Shown: in pieces, positions 31,022 through 39,664 of the stretch
Layout of the letters: each line of letters starts with the position of its first letter
Numbering within the stretch: position 1 is the stretch's first letter
Made by a program: the position numbers and the translations under genes
Notes under the pieces: model-generated
Databases searched by the model: none
Seen by the model: the letters and a program-made list of their open reading frames with translations, nothing else
What the model was told of the DNA's origin: nothing
NCBI GenBank assembly: GCA_963771355.1
Contig: CAVYTA010000007.1
Span: forward strand, 288,001-352,000
Source of the DNA: an uncultured Candidatus Rokubacteria bacterium
Lineage (GTDB): Bacteria > Methylomirabilota > Methylomirabilia > Rokubacteriales > CSP1-6
DNA: 64,000 nucleotides
Direction of reading: 5' to 3'

Positions 31022-31888
31022 ATGGCCTGGTTCTGGAAGAAGAAGGAAGAGGGGGAGGACGCGCCGCGCAAGAAGGTCCAGATCGCCGAGGGGCTCTGGG
31101 TCAAGTGCGACTCCTGCAAGGAGATCGTCTACCGCGCCGAGGTGGACCGGGCCGGGCGAGTCTGCCCCCGCTGCAAGTATCCCTTCCGCATCTCCGCCCG
31201 CGAGCGCATCGCCGCCATCCTGGACGCCGATTCCTTCGAGGAGCGCGACGTCGGGCTCACCTCGCGCGACCCCCTGGAGTTCAAGGACACCAAGCGCTAC
31301 AGCGACCGCGTCAAGTCCGCCCGCAAGTCCACCGGACTCGAGGAGGCGGTGATCACCGGCATGGGCCGCGTGGGCGGGCTCCCGGTGGTGCTGGCCGTCT
31401 TCGAGTTCGGCTTCCTGGGGGGCAGCATGGGCTCGGTGGTGGGGGAGAAGCTCACGCGGGCCATCGAGCTGGCCACGCAGAAGCGGGCGCCGCTCATCAT
31501 CGTGTCGGCCTCCGGCGGCGCCCGCATGCAGGAAGGCATTCTCTCGCTCATGCAGATGGCCAAGACCTCGGCGGCGCTGAACCGGCTCGCCGAGGAGCGC
31601 GTGCCCTATCTCTCGCTCCTCACCGATCCGACCACCGGCGGCGTCACCGCCAGCTTCGCCATGCTGGGGGACGTCATCCTCGCCGAGCCCCGCGCCCTCA
31701 TCGGCTTCGCGGGACCGCGCGTGATCGCCGAGACCATACGGCAGCCGCTCCCCGACGGCTTCCAGCGCTCGGAGTTCCTCCTCGAGCACGGCCAGCTCGA
31801 CATGGTCGTCGAGCGCCGCGAGCTCCGCGACACGCTCCGCCGCATCATCGCCTTCTTCGGAACAGGCCCCGTCCAGCCGTCTCCATGA
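31022..31888 (+). CDS. accD: Acetyl-CoA carboxylase carboxyltransferase beta
   Basis: LWVKC..C zinc finger, GGSMGSVVGEK, SGGARMQEG. Confidence 0.96.
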   Translation: MAWFWKKKEEGEDAPRKKVQIAEGLWVKCDSCKEIVYRAEVDRAGRVCPRCKYPFRISARERIAAILDADSFEERDVGLTSRDPLEFKDTKRYSDRVKSARKSTGLEEAVITGMGRVGGLPVVLAVFEFGFLGGSMGSVVGEKLTRAIELATQKRAPLIIVSASGGARMQEGILSLMQMAKTSAALNRLAEERVPYLSLLTDPTTGGVTASFAMLGDVILAEPRALIGFAGPRVIAETIRQPLPDGFQRSEFLLEHGQLDMVVERRELRDTLRRIIAFFGTGPVQPSP

Positions 31889-33189
31889 CGTATCGCGAGG
31901 CCGTGGCCCGGCTCCTCGCGCTGCGGGGCGGGGAGATGGCGGGCATGCGGCCGGGGCTGGCCCCCATCCAGGCCCTGCTCGACGCCGTCGGCAATCCCGA
32001 GAGCCGGATGCGGCTCGTCCAGATCGGCGGCACCAATGGCAAGGGATCCGCCTCGGCCATGCTGGCGGCCATGCTCCACTCGGCCGGCCTCCGCACCGGG
32101 CTCTACACGTCCCCGCATCTCCGCTCCGTGCGCGAGCGCATCCGGGTGGACGGCCGCTGCATCGCCGAGGACGACCTGGCGGACGGTGTGGACGCCCTCG
32201 GCACGCTCTTCGCGCGGCTGGACGCCACCGTCTTCGAGGCCACCACCGCGCTCGCCCTCGATCACTTCGCGCGGGCGGGCGTCGAGGTGGCGGTGCTGGA
32301 GGTGGGCCTGGGCGGCCGGCTCGACGCCACCACCGTCGGGCGCCCCCACGTGAGCGTGCTGACCCGCATCGACTATGACCACCAGGCGCTCCTGGGCGAT
32401 ACCCTGGCGCGGATCGCCTGGGACAAGGCGCATATCATCCGCAGCGGGGTGGCGGTGTCGGCGCGCCAGGAGCCCGAGGCGGAGACGCCCATCCTGGAGC
32501 GCGCGGCCGCGGTCGGCGTGCCGCTCCTTCTGGAGGGACGCGAGCTCGGCGTCTCGGTGCGCGAGGCGTCCCTCGACGGGCAGCGGCTCGACCTGACCGG
32601 GCCCGACTGGCGCATCGAGGACGCGCGCTGTGCGCTGCTGGGTCCCCATCAGCCGAGCAATGCGCTGGTGGCGGTGGCCGCCGCGCGCGTCATGGGCGCG
32701 GGCGAGGCGGCGATACGGCGGGGGCTCGCGGAGGTGCGCTGGCCGGGGCGCTTTCAGGTGCTCGCCGGCTCGCCCACCGTGATCCTGGACGGCGCCCACA
32801 ATCCCGGCGGCGCCCGGGCGCTGGCCGCCTCGCTCCGCGCGTATTTTCCCGGGCGCCCGGTCGCCTTCGTGCTGGGCATCTCCGCCGACAAGGACCTGGC
32901 CGGCATTCTCTCCCCGCTCCTGCCCCTGGCCGAGCGTGTCGTCTTCACGGCGGCGAACTCGCCGCGCGCGGCCGACCCCGAATCCCTCCGTGAGCTCGCG
33001 CGGCACCTGGGGCCGTTGCCCGGGGAGCGCCTTGCCGTCGCCGCTCGGCCGGCCGACGCCCTCGCCCGGCTACGACGGGAGAGCCCCGACGCGCTGGTGT
33101 GCGCGGCCGGCTCCCTGTTCCTGCTCGGCGAGCTCCTGTCCGACCGCCCGGAAACGCTCGATATGCTTTGCGGAATTGACGCCGGCTGA
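31885..33189 (+). CDS. folC: Folylpolyglutamate/dihydrofolate synthase
   Basis: GTNGKGS, YTSPHL, EVGLGGRLDAT, WPGRF, LDGAHNP. Confidence 0.95.
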   Translation: MTYREAVARLLALRGGEMAGMRPGLAPIQALLDAVGNPESRMRLVQIGGTNGKGSASAMLAAMLHSAGLRTGLYTSPHLRSVRERIRVDGRCIAEDDLADGVDALGTLFARLDATVFEATTALALDHFARAGVEVAVLEVGLGGRLDATTVGRPHVSVLTRIDYDHQALLGDTLARIAWDKAHIIRSGVAVSARQEPEAETPILERAAAVGVPLLLEGRELGVSVREASLDGQRLDLTGPDWRIEDARCALLGPHQPSNALVAVAAARVMGAGEAAIRRGLAEVRWPGRFQVLAGSPTVILDGAHNPGGARALAASLRAYFPGRPVAFVLGISADKDLAGILSPLLPLAERVVFTAANSPRAADPESLRELARHLGPLPGERLAVAARPADALARLRRESPDALVCAAGSLFLLGELLSDRPETLDMLCGIDAG

Positions 33190-33211
33190 TATAGCATGTG
33201 CGCTGAGCTCA

Positions 33212-35407
33212 ATGCCGTCCACACGCGCGCGTGCAGTCTGGGGCGCCCTGCTCCTCGTCCTGCCGCTGGTCCTGGGTTCGCCCGGAGCCGGCCTTGCCCA
33301 GTCCCCCCGGTCTCCCGTCACGATTCAGCAGGAGGGGGCCGGCGAGGTGACCGTGATCGCGGATCAGATGCAGCAGGTGACCGGCCCTCCCGATCTGCTC
33401 ATCGCGGTCGGCAATGTCGAGATCGTGCGCGGGGGCTCCCGACTCCTCGCCGACCGGGTGGAGCTCAATCGCGATACGGGCGAGGCGATCGCGCAGGGCA
33501 AGGTCGTCTTCTACGACGGCCAGGACCGGCTGGTCGGCGATCGTGTGGACTACAATCTCAAGACCGGCACCGGCGTCGTCTACAACGCCAACGCCTTCGC
33601 CGCGCCGTACTACTCGTTGAGCGGGCAGCGTCTCGACCGCATCGGCGAGGGCGTCTATGCGGCGCAGGACGCGGTCTTCACCACCTGCGAGGGTGACAAC
33701 CCGGCCTGGTCCTTCCGGGTGGGCTCGTGTGTGGCGGACCTCAATGACATCGTGACCGGCCGGGATGCCTCGTTCTGGGTGGGCAAGGTCCCCCTCATCC
33801 CGTGGTTCCCGTGGTTCGCCGCCGCCATCCGGCGCGAGCGGCAGTCCGGCTTCCTCTTCCCGCAGGTGGGCATCTCCAGCAACAAGGGCTTCTTCACGCG
33901 GGTGCCCTATTACTGGGCCATCGACGACAGTCAGGATCTCACGGTGTCGCTGGACACCTTCACCTCCCGCGGGGTGGGATCGAGCATCGAGTACCGCTAT
34001 ATCCAGTCCCAGAACGCCGCCGGCTCGCTGACTGGCTTCTTCGTCCACGAGGCCTTCGACGATAACGAGACGCGCGGCGTCGGTATTGCCAAGCACACCT
34101 GGGACATCGCGCCGGGGCTCTCTTTCAAGGTGGACGCCAACGTCACCACCGACGACAAGGTGTACCGCGAGTACGGCGACCGGCTCCAGGAGCGCTCGAA
34201 CCAGCGGGCGGAGACCAATGTCTTCGTCACCAAGCGCTGGGATACCTGGAATCTCGTCGGCAATATCCTCTGGTACCAGGACTTGACCGTCGACCGGCCG
34301 GTGGAGCTCCAGCGCGTGCCGGAGATCCGTCTCGACGGGTTGCGTCAGCCCATTCCGGGGATGCCCGGGTTCTTCTACGAGACCCAGGCCTCCTTCACGA
34401 ACTTCATCCGGGAGGTGGGTTCCAGTGGGCTGCGCACCGATCTGCACCCCCGCGTGTCCTATCCGATCCCGGTGGGCGGATACTTCACGGTGACGCCCTT
34501 CGCCGGCGGGCGCGCCACCTACTACGACAAGCGCGTGGTGGGGACGCGGGTGACGCGGATAAATGACTCCGAGGGGATCGAGATCGAGGAGACGGTGGAC
34601 GACCCCCGGGTCCGCGCCCAGATAGAGGGCGGCGTCGAGCTGGAGACCCGGCTCACGCGCGTCTGGGCGGTGGACGGGACCTGGGGCCTGTCCGCGCTGC
34701 AACACGTGATCGAGCCCCGCGCCACCTGGACGGAGATCCGCGGGGTGAACCAGAAGGACAATCCCCAGTACGATCCCGTCATCGACGACATCGGCAAGAC
34801 GAGCCAGGTGACGTACTCCATCACCCAGCGGCTCAACGCCAAGACGGTGGCCGGCCCCAACCAGGAAGCGGTGCGCTGGGAGGCCGTGCGCTTCGTCCTG
34901 GCCCAGACCTACAACCTCCTCCCCGCCGCGGACCAGCCCTTCAAGGACCTCAGGGCCGAGGTCATCTTGCGACCCAATCAAATGTTCGGCTTTCGCGGGG
35001 ACGCGGCCTGGAACCTCTACGGGCTGGGGCTGCGCACCGCCACCGCCGACGTCAACGGGACCTACAAAGACGTCACCGCCGCGCTGGGCGTACGCTACAA
35101 CGACATCAACGTGGACCCCCCGGTTGGAACGCGCCTCGACGACGAGCTCGAGCCGAGGTACTCCAACGTCAATGCCGAGGTCGCGGCCCGGATCACGACA
35201 CACGTCAATGCGCGCGCCTCGAGCCACTGGGACCTGAGGAAAGGCACCAAGGTCGAGAATCGCTTCGGGGTGGACATCCACTTCCAGTGTTGGGCTATCC
35301 TGCTGGAGTACGTGGATCGGCACAAGGACGAGGACGAGTTCCGCTTCTCGATCAACCTGCTCGGGATAGGACAGACGGGCACGCGCTTCGGGACGGGAAT
35401 CCGCTAG
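33212..35407 (+). CDS. lptD: LPS-assembly outer-membrane protein LptD
   Basis: Signal peptide, beta-jellyroll repeats, FTTC, RQSGFLFP, PYYWAI, LQRVPE, HVIEPR, QCW near the C-terminus. Confidence 0.88.
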   Translation: MPSTRARAVWGALLLVLPLVLGSPGAGLAQSPRSPVTIQQEGAGEVTVIADQMQQVTGPPDLLIAVGNVEIVRGGSRLLADRVELNRDTGEAIAQGKVVFYDGQDRLVGDRVDYNLKTGTGVVYNANAFAAPYYSLSGQRLDRIGEGVYAAQDAVFTTCEGDNPAWSFRVGSCVADLNDIVTGRDASFWVGKVPLIPWFPWFAAAIRRERQSGFLFPQVGISSNKGFFTRVPYYWAIDDSQDLTVSLDTFTSRGVGSSIEYRYIQSQNAAGSLTGFFVHEAFDDNETRGVGIAKHTWDIAPGLSFKVDANVTTDDKVYREYGDRLQERSNQRAETNVFVTKRWDTWNLVGNILWYQDLTVDRPVELQRVPEIRLDGLRQPIPGMPGFFYETQASFTNFIREVGSSGLRTDLHPRVSYPIPVGGYFTVTPFAGGRATYYDKRVVGTRVTRINDSEGIEIEETVDDPRVRAQIEGGVELETRLTRVWAVDGTWGLSALQHVIEPRATWTEIRGVNQKDNPQYDPVIDDIGKTSQVTYSITQRLNAKTVAGPNQEAVRWEAVRFVLAQTYNLLPAADQPFKDLRAEVILRPNQMFGFRGDAAWNLYGLGLRTATADVNGTYKDVTAALGVRYNDINVDPPVGTRLDDELEPRYSNVNAEVAARITTHVNARASSHWDLRKGTKVENRFGVDIHFQCWAILLEYVDRHKDEDEFRFSINLLGIGQTGTRFGTGIR

Positions 35408-35411
35408 CCCC

Positions 35412-36530
35412 ATGACCGAGATCCGGGTTCCGCAGATCGACCTCAAGCGCCAGCACGCGGCCCTGCGCGCCGAGCTGCTGGAGGCGACGGAGCGCGTGCT
35501 CACCTCGGCGTGGTTCATCATGGGGCCGGAAGGCCGGGCGCTGGAGGAGGAGCTGGCGACGGCCTCCGGGGCGCGGTTCGGGGTGGGCCTCAATTCCGGC
35601 ACCGACGCCCTGCTCCTCGCGCTCCGGGCGCTGGGCATCGGGCCCGGCGACGAGGTCATCACCTCGGCCTTCTCGTTCGTGGCGTCCGGGAGCACCATCG
35701 CGCTCGCGGGCGCCACCCCCGTCTTCGTGGACATCGATCCCGCGACCTATAATCTCGATCCCGCGGCAGTCGCCCGTGCCGTCACCCCGCGCACGCGGGC
35801 GGTGGTGCCCGTGCATCTCTACGGCCAGCTCGCCGACATGGTGGCCCTCGAGGCCATCGCGCGGCCGCGCGGGCTCGCGGTGATCGCCGACGCCGCCCAG
35901 GCGGTGGGCGCCGCCTGGGGCGACCGCCCGGTGGGCGCGTGGGGGGACGCGGTGTGCCTGTCGTTCTACCCCACCAAGAACCTCGGCGCCTGCGGGGACG
36001 GCGGCATGCTCCTCACCTCCCGGGAGGACGTGGCGCAGCGGGTGCGCCGGCTCCGCGATCACGGCTCACCGCGGAAGTACGAGCACGTGGAGCTGGGGCA
36101 GTCGAGCCGGCTCGATGATCTCCAGGCGGCCCTGCTTCGCGTCAAGCTGCGCCGGCTGGGCGAGTGGACCGCGGCCCGCCGCCGCCTGGCCGCGCGCTAC
36201 CGCGAGCTCCTGGCCGGCCTGCCCCTCGAGCTGCCCGTCGAGCGGCCCCCCGCTTTCCACGTCTATCACCAGTTCACGGTGCGGGTGGCGCGCCGGGACG
36301 CGGTGGCCCGCCGGCTCGCGGAGCTCGGCATCGGCACCACCGTGCACTACCCGCTGACGATTCCCGCCCAGCCGCTCTTCTGCCCGCTCGACGGGGCGGC
36401 CAAGGTGGCCGCCGAATTTCCGGAGTCCACGCGCGCCGCGCGCGAGGTGCTCTCCCTCCCGTGCTTTCCGGAGCTGACGGACGCCGAGCTCGCCGAGGTG
36501 GCCGCCGCCCTGCGCATCGCGCTGGGCTAG
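35412..36530 (+). CDS. DegT/DnrJ/EryC1/StrS sugar aminotransferase
   Basis: NSGTDAL, VHLYGQ, DAAQA, SFYPTKNLGACGDGG. Confidence 0.92.
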   Translation: MTEIRVPQIDLKRQHAALRAELLEATERVLTSAWFIMGPEGRALEEELATASGARFGVGLNSGTDALLLALRALGIGPGDEVITSAFSFVASGSTIALAGATPVFVDIDPATYNLDPAAVARAVTPRTRAVVPVHLYGQLADMVALEAIARPRGLAVIADAAQAVGAAWGDRPVGAWGDAVCLSFYPTKNLGACGDGGMLLTSREDVAQRVRRLRDHGSPRKYEHVELGQSSRLDDLQAALLRVKLRRLGEWTAARRRLAARYRELLAGLPLELPVERPPAFHVYHQFTVRVARRDAVARRLAELGIGTTVHYPLTIPAQPLFCPLDGAAKVAAEFPESTRAAREVLSLPCFPELTDAELAEVAAALRIALG

Positions 36531-36537
36531 GCGCGCC

Positions 36538-37422
36538 ATGGGACTGGTCGCTGCCGTCCTCGCCTCGCTGCGCCCGCGGCAGTGGGCGAAGAACCTCTTC
36601 GTCTTCGCGGGCGTCATCTTCTCGCAACAGCTGTTCACTCCCCAGGTGTGGCGGGCGGTGGCCGCGTTCGCGCTCTTCTGCGCGCTCTCCGGCGCCATCT
36701 ACCTCCTGAACGACGTGGCGGACGCGGAGAAAGACCGCCTGCATCCCACCAAGCGCCGCCGGCCGGTGGCCTCGGGCGCGCTGTCCCGCGGGCTCGCGCT
36801 GGGCATCGGCGTCGCCCTCCTCGCGGCGAGCGTGGTGGTGTCGTTCGGCCTGGGGGTCCCCTTCGGCCTGGTGGCGGTCAGCTACGGGGTGCTCCTCACC
36901 GCGTACTCTGTGTGGCTGAAGCACCTCGTCATCCTCGACGTGCTCACGGTGGCGGTGGGCTTCGTGCTCCGGGCGGTGGCGGGGGCGGTGGCGGTGGGCG
37001 CGGACATCTCCGGGTGGCTGCTCATCTGCACCGTGCTCATCGCGCTCTTCCTCGCGCTGGGCAAGCGCCGGCACGAGTACCTCATGTTGAAGGGAGCCGC
37101 CGCCGCCCATCGACCCATCCTGGCCGAGTACAGCGAGGGGTTCATCGACCAGATGATCGCGGTGGTCACGTCCTCGGCGGTGACCGCTTACGCGCTCTAC
37201 ACCATGTCGCCGGAGACGGTGGCCAAGTTCCATACCCGGCTGCTGCCGCTCACGCTGCCCTTCGTGCTCTACGGGATCTTCCGCTACCTCTACCTCCTCT
37301 ACCGCCGTGAGCTGGGCGGCAATCCCTCGGACCTCGTCCTGTCCGACCGCTCGCTCCTGCTGAACACCACCCTCTGGATGGCCGCCGTCCTCGTGCTGAT
37401 CTACGGCCCGTGGGGACGTTGA
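36538..37422 (+). CDS. Polyprenyl-phosphate phosphoribosyltransferase (UbiA family, Rv3806c-like)
   Basis: LRPRQWAKN, YLLNDVADAEKDRLHPTKRRRPVASG, YS..LKH...LD, LGKRRHE. Confidence 0.88.
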   Translation: MGLVAAVLASLRPRQWAKNLFVFAGVIFSQQLFTPQVWRAVAAFALFCALSGAIYLLNDVADAEKDRLHPTKRRRPVASGALSRGLALGIGVALLAASVVVSFGLGVPFGLVAVSYGVLLTAYSVWLKHLVILDVLTVAVGFVLRAVAGAVAVGADISGWLLICTVLIALFLALGKRRHEYLMLKGAAAAHRPILAEYSEGFIDQMIAVVTSSAVTAYALYTMSPETVAKFHTRLLPLTLPFVLYGIFRYLYLLYRRELGGNPSDLVLSDRSLLLNTTLWMAAVLVLIYGPWGR

Positions 37423-39620
37423 CCCTCCCGGTCGCGCGCGCGGCCGTGGCGGGGTGGGGCCGCTTTCCCGTCCGTCCCGGGCGGGTGGTGCGTCCCGAGC
37501 GGCTGGAGCTTCCCGCGGGCGAGTCCCTGGTGCTGCCGCGCGGACTGGGTCGCGCCTACGGCGACGCGGCGGTGCCCTGGCGCGAGGCGACCCTGGTGCT
37601 GGAGACCGGGCGCGCCGACCGCATCCTCGACTGGGATCCCGTGACCGGCCGGCTCACTGCGGAAGCGGGGCTGTCCCTGTCCGAGGTGCTGCGGCTCTTC
37701 GTCCCCCGCGGCTGGTTCCCGCCCGTGACCCCGGGGACCAAGTTCGTGACCCTGGGCGGGTGCGTGGCCACGGACGTGCACGGCAAGAACCACCACCGAG
37801 ACGGCTCCTTCGCCAGCTTCGTGGACCGGCTCACCCTGCTGACCGCGGAGGGGAAGACGGTGGCATGCGGGCCCGACCTCGAGCGGGAGCTCTTCCTCGC
37901 CACCGTGGGCGGGATGGGGCTCACCGGCCTCATCACCGAGGTGACCCTCCGCCTGCGGCCGGTCGAGTCGGGCTGGATCGTCATGGAGAGCGAGGGCGTG
38001 CCGGACCTCGATCACATGGTGAGCGCCCTGGAATCGAGCGGCCGGGACTGGCCCTATACCGTGGGCTGGATCGACTGCCTGGCCTCGGGCGCCGGGCTGG
38101 GGCGCGGCGTGCTGCTGCGCGGCCGTCACGCCGCGCGCGCGGAGGTCCCGGGCGACGATCCGCGCGCGCGGCGCACCCTGCGCGTGCCCCTGGACGCCCC
38201 CGAGTGGCTCCTCAGCCCGCCCGCCATGCGCGCCTTCAACGGGCTTTACTACTGGCTCAAGGCCGGCCGGCGCGGCGGCGGCCGCGCGGGGGCCCGGCCC
38301 CACCTCGTCTCCTACGAGTCCTTCTTCTACCCGCTGGACGCGCTCGGCGACTGGAATCGCCTCTACGGCCGGCGCGGCTTTCTCCAGTACCAGTGCGTGG
38401 TGCCCCGGGCGGTCGGGCGGGCGGCGACGCGCGAGCTCCTGGAGCGTCTCGCGCACGCGGGGGCGGCGTCCTTCCTCGCCGTGATCAAGGACTGCGGGCC
38501 TGCCGGCCCCGCGCCCCTCTCGTTCCCGCTGGAGGGAATCACCCTGGCGCTGGACTTGCCCCACCGGGGGCCGCCCACCGTGGCCCTCGTGCATGAGCTC
38601 AACGCCACCGTGATGGCGGCGGGCGGCCGCATCTATCTCGCCAAGGATGCCGTCACGCGCGCGGAGGACTTCGCGCGCATGACCCCGCGCCTGGCCGAAT
38701 GGCAGGCGCTCCGGGACCGCTGGGATCCCGCGCGGCGCTTCCGCTCCGCCATGTCGGTGCGCCTCTTCGGTGACGGAGTTGATTGGCGAGCCGCAGCCGC
38801 AGGCGAGGCGAGCGGATATGGTGGAGCTTTCCGAGCGGAGCGAGGGGGGCGAGCCGCAGCCGCAGGCGAGGCGAGCGGATACATGAAAGCGGTGTTCGTG
38901 GGCGCCACGCGCGGCATGGGCAAGGCGCTCGCCCGGCGTATGGCCGAGCGGGCCGACGCACTGTACCTCCTGGGCCGCGACGCGGAGGGGCTGGCCCTCG
39001 CCGCGCGCGACCTGGAGGCACGCGGAGCCCGCGCCCCGGTGCGGTCGGGCCCGCTGGACCTGGGCGATCCCGGAGGCTTCGTGGCCGCCCTCGACGCGGC
39101 CGACGCGGCCCTCGATCGCTTCGACACCCTGGTGATCACCGCCGGGCTCTTCGGCGCCCAGGACGCCCTCGCCGCGGACGCGGCGCGGCTCGAGCGGCTG
39201 TTCAGCGTCAACTTCACGGGCACCGCGCTGCTGTGCCAGCTCGCCGCCGACCGCTTGGCCGAGCGCGGGGGCGGGGTCATCTGCGCCTTCAGCTCGGTGG
39301 CGGGGGATCGCGCGCGGGCCGCCAACTACCTCTACGGCGCCTCCAAGGCGGGGCTCTCGGCCTTTCTTGACGGGCTGGGTCTCGCCTACGCCGACCGCGA
39401 CGTCCGGGTGGTCTGCGTGCGGCCCGGCTTCGTGCGCACGGAGATGACCGCCGGCCTGCCCGAGCCTCCCTTCGCGGGCGAGCCGGACACGGTGGCGACG
39501 TCGGCGCTCCGGGCCATGGACGCGGGATCCCCTCGGGTCTACAGCCCCGGCATCTGGCGCTGGATCATGGGCGTGATCCGCGCCTTGCCGCGGTCGGTGG
39601 TGCGACGGCTGCGCGTCTAG
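37419..39620 (+). CDS. DprE1-like FAD oxidoreductase fused in frame to a DprE2-like SDR (internal ATG 38883)
   Basis: PRGLGRAYGDAA, PVTPGT..VTLGG..A.DVHGKNHH, FFYPLD...WNR.YG..GFLQYQ, GGRIYLAKD; then GATRGMG, SSVAGDR.R..NY.YGASKA, VRPGFVRT.MT. Confidence 0.88.
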   Translation: MTLPVARAAVAGWGRFPVRPGRVVRPERLELPAGESLVLPRGLGRAYGDAAVPWREATLVLETGRADRILDWDPVTGRLTAEAGLSLSEVLRLFVPRGWFPPVTPGTKFVTLGGCVATDVHGKNHHRDGSFASFVDRLTLLTAEGKTVACGPDLERELFLATVGGMGLTGLITEVTLRLRPVESGWIVMESEGVPDLDHMVSALESSGRDWPYTVGWIDCLASGAGLGRGVLLRGRHAARAEVPGDDPRARRTLRVPLDAPEWLLSPPAMRAFNGLYYWLKAGRRGGGRAGARPHLVSYESFFYPLDALGDWNRLYGRRGFLQYQCVVPRAVGRAATRELLERLAHAGAASFLAVIKDCGPAGPAPLSFPLEGITLALDLPHRGPPTVALVHELNATVMAAGGRIYLAKDAVTRAEDFARMTPRLAEWQALRDRWDPARRFRSAMSVRLFGDGVDWRAAAAGEASGYGGAFRAERGGRAAAAGEASGYMKAVFVGATRGMGKALARRMAERADALYLLGRDAEGLALAARDLEARGARAPVRSGPLDLGDPGGFVAALDAADAALDRFDTLVITAGLFGAQDALAADAARLERLFSVNFTGTALLCQLAADRLAERGGGVICAFSSVAGDRARAANYLYGASKAGLSAFLDGLGLAYADRDVRVVCVRPGFVRTEMTAGLPEPPFAGEPDTVATSALRAMDAGSPRVYSPGIWRWIMGVIRALPRSVVRRLRV
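38785..38881 (+). repeat. Two identical 34-bp direct repeats separated by 29 bp (period 63)
   Basis: GGCGAGCCGCAGCCGCAGGCGAGGCGAGCGGATA at 38785-38818 and 38848-38881. Confidence 0.9.
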
Positions 39621-39664
39621 GCGGTCCCGGAGCGGGCGGTTGCGAGTCGAGTACAATGGTCACC

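Noticed and set aside
25756..33189. Apparent N-terminal extensions of pncB, trpC, trpF, trpB and folC in the ORF track
   Set aside because: Extensions overlap upstream genes; family motifs begin at downstream starts
38785..38881. Mini CRISPR array
   Set aside because: Only two repeats, no leader or cas genes in the window, purine-rich repeat lying inside an ORF
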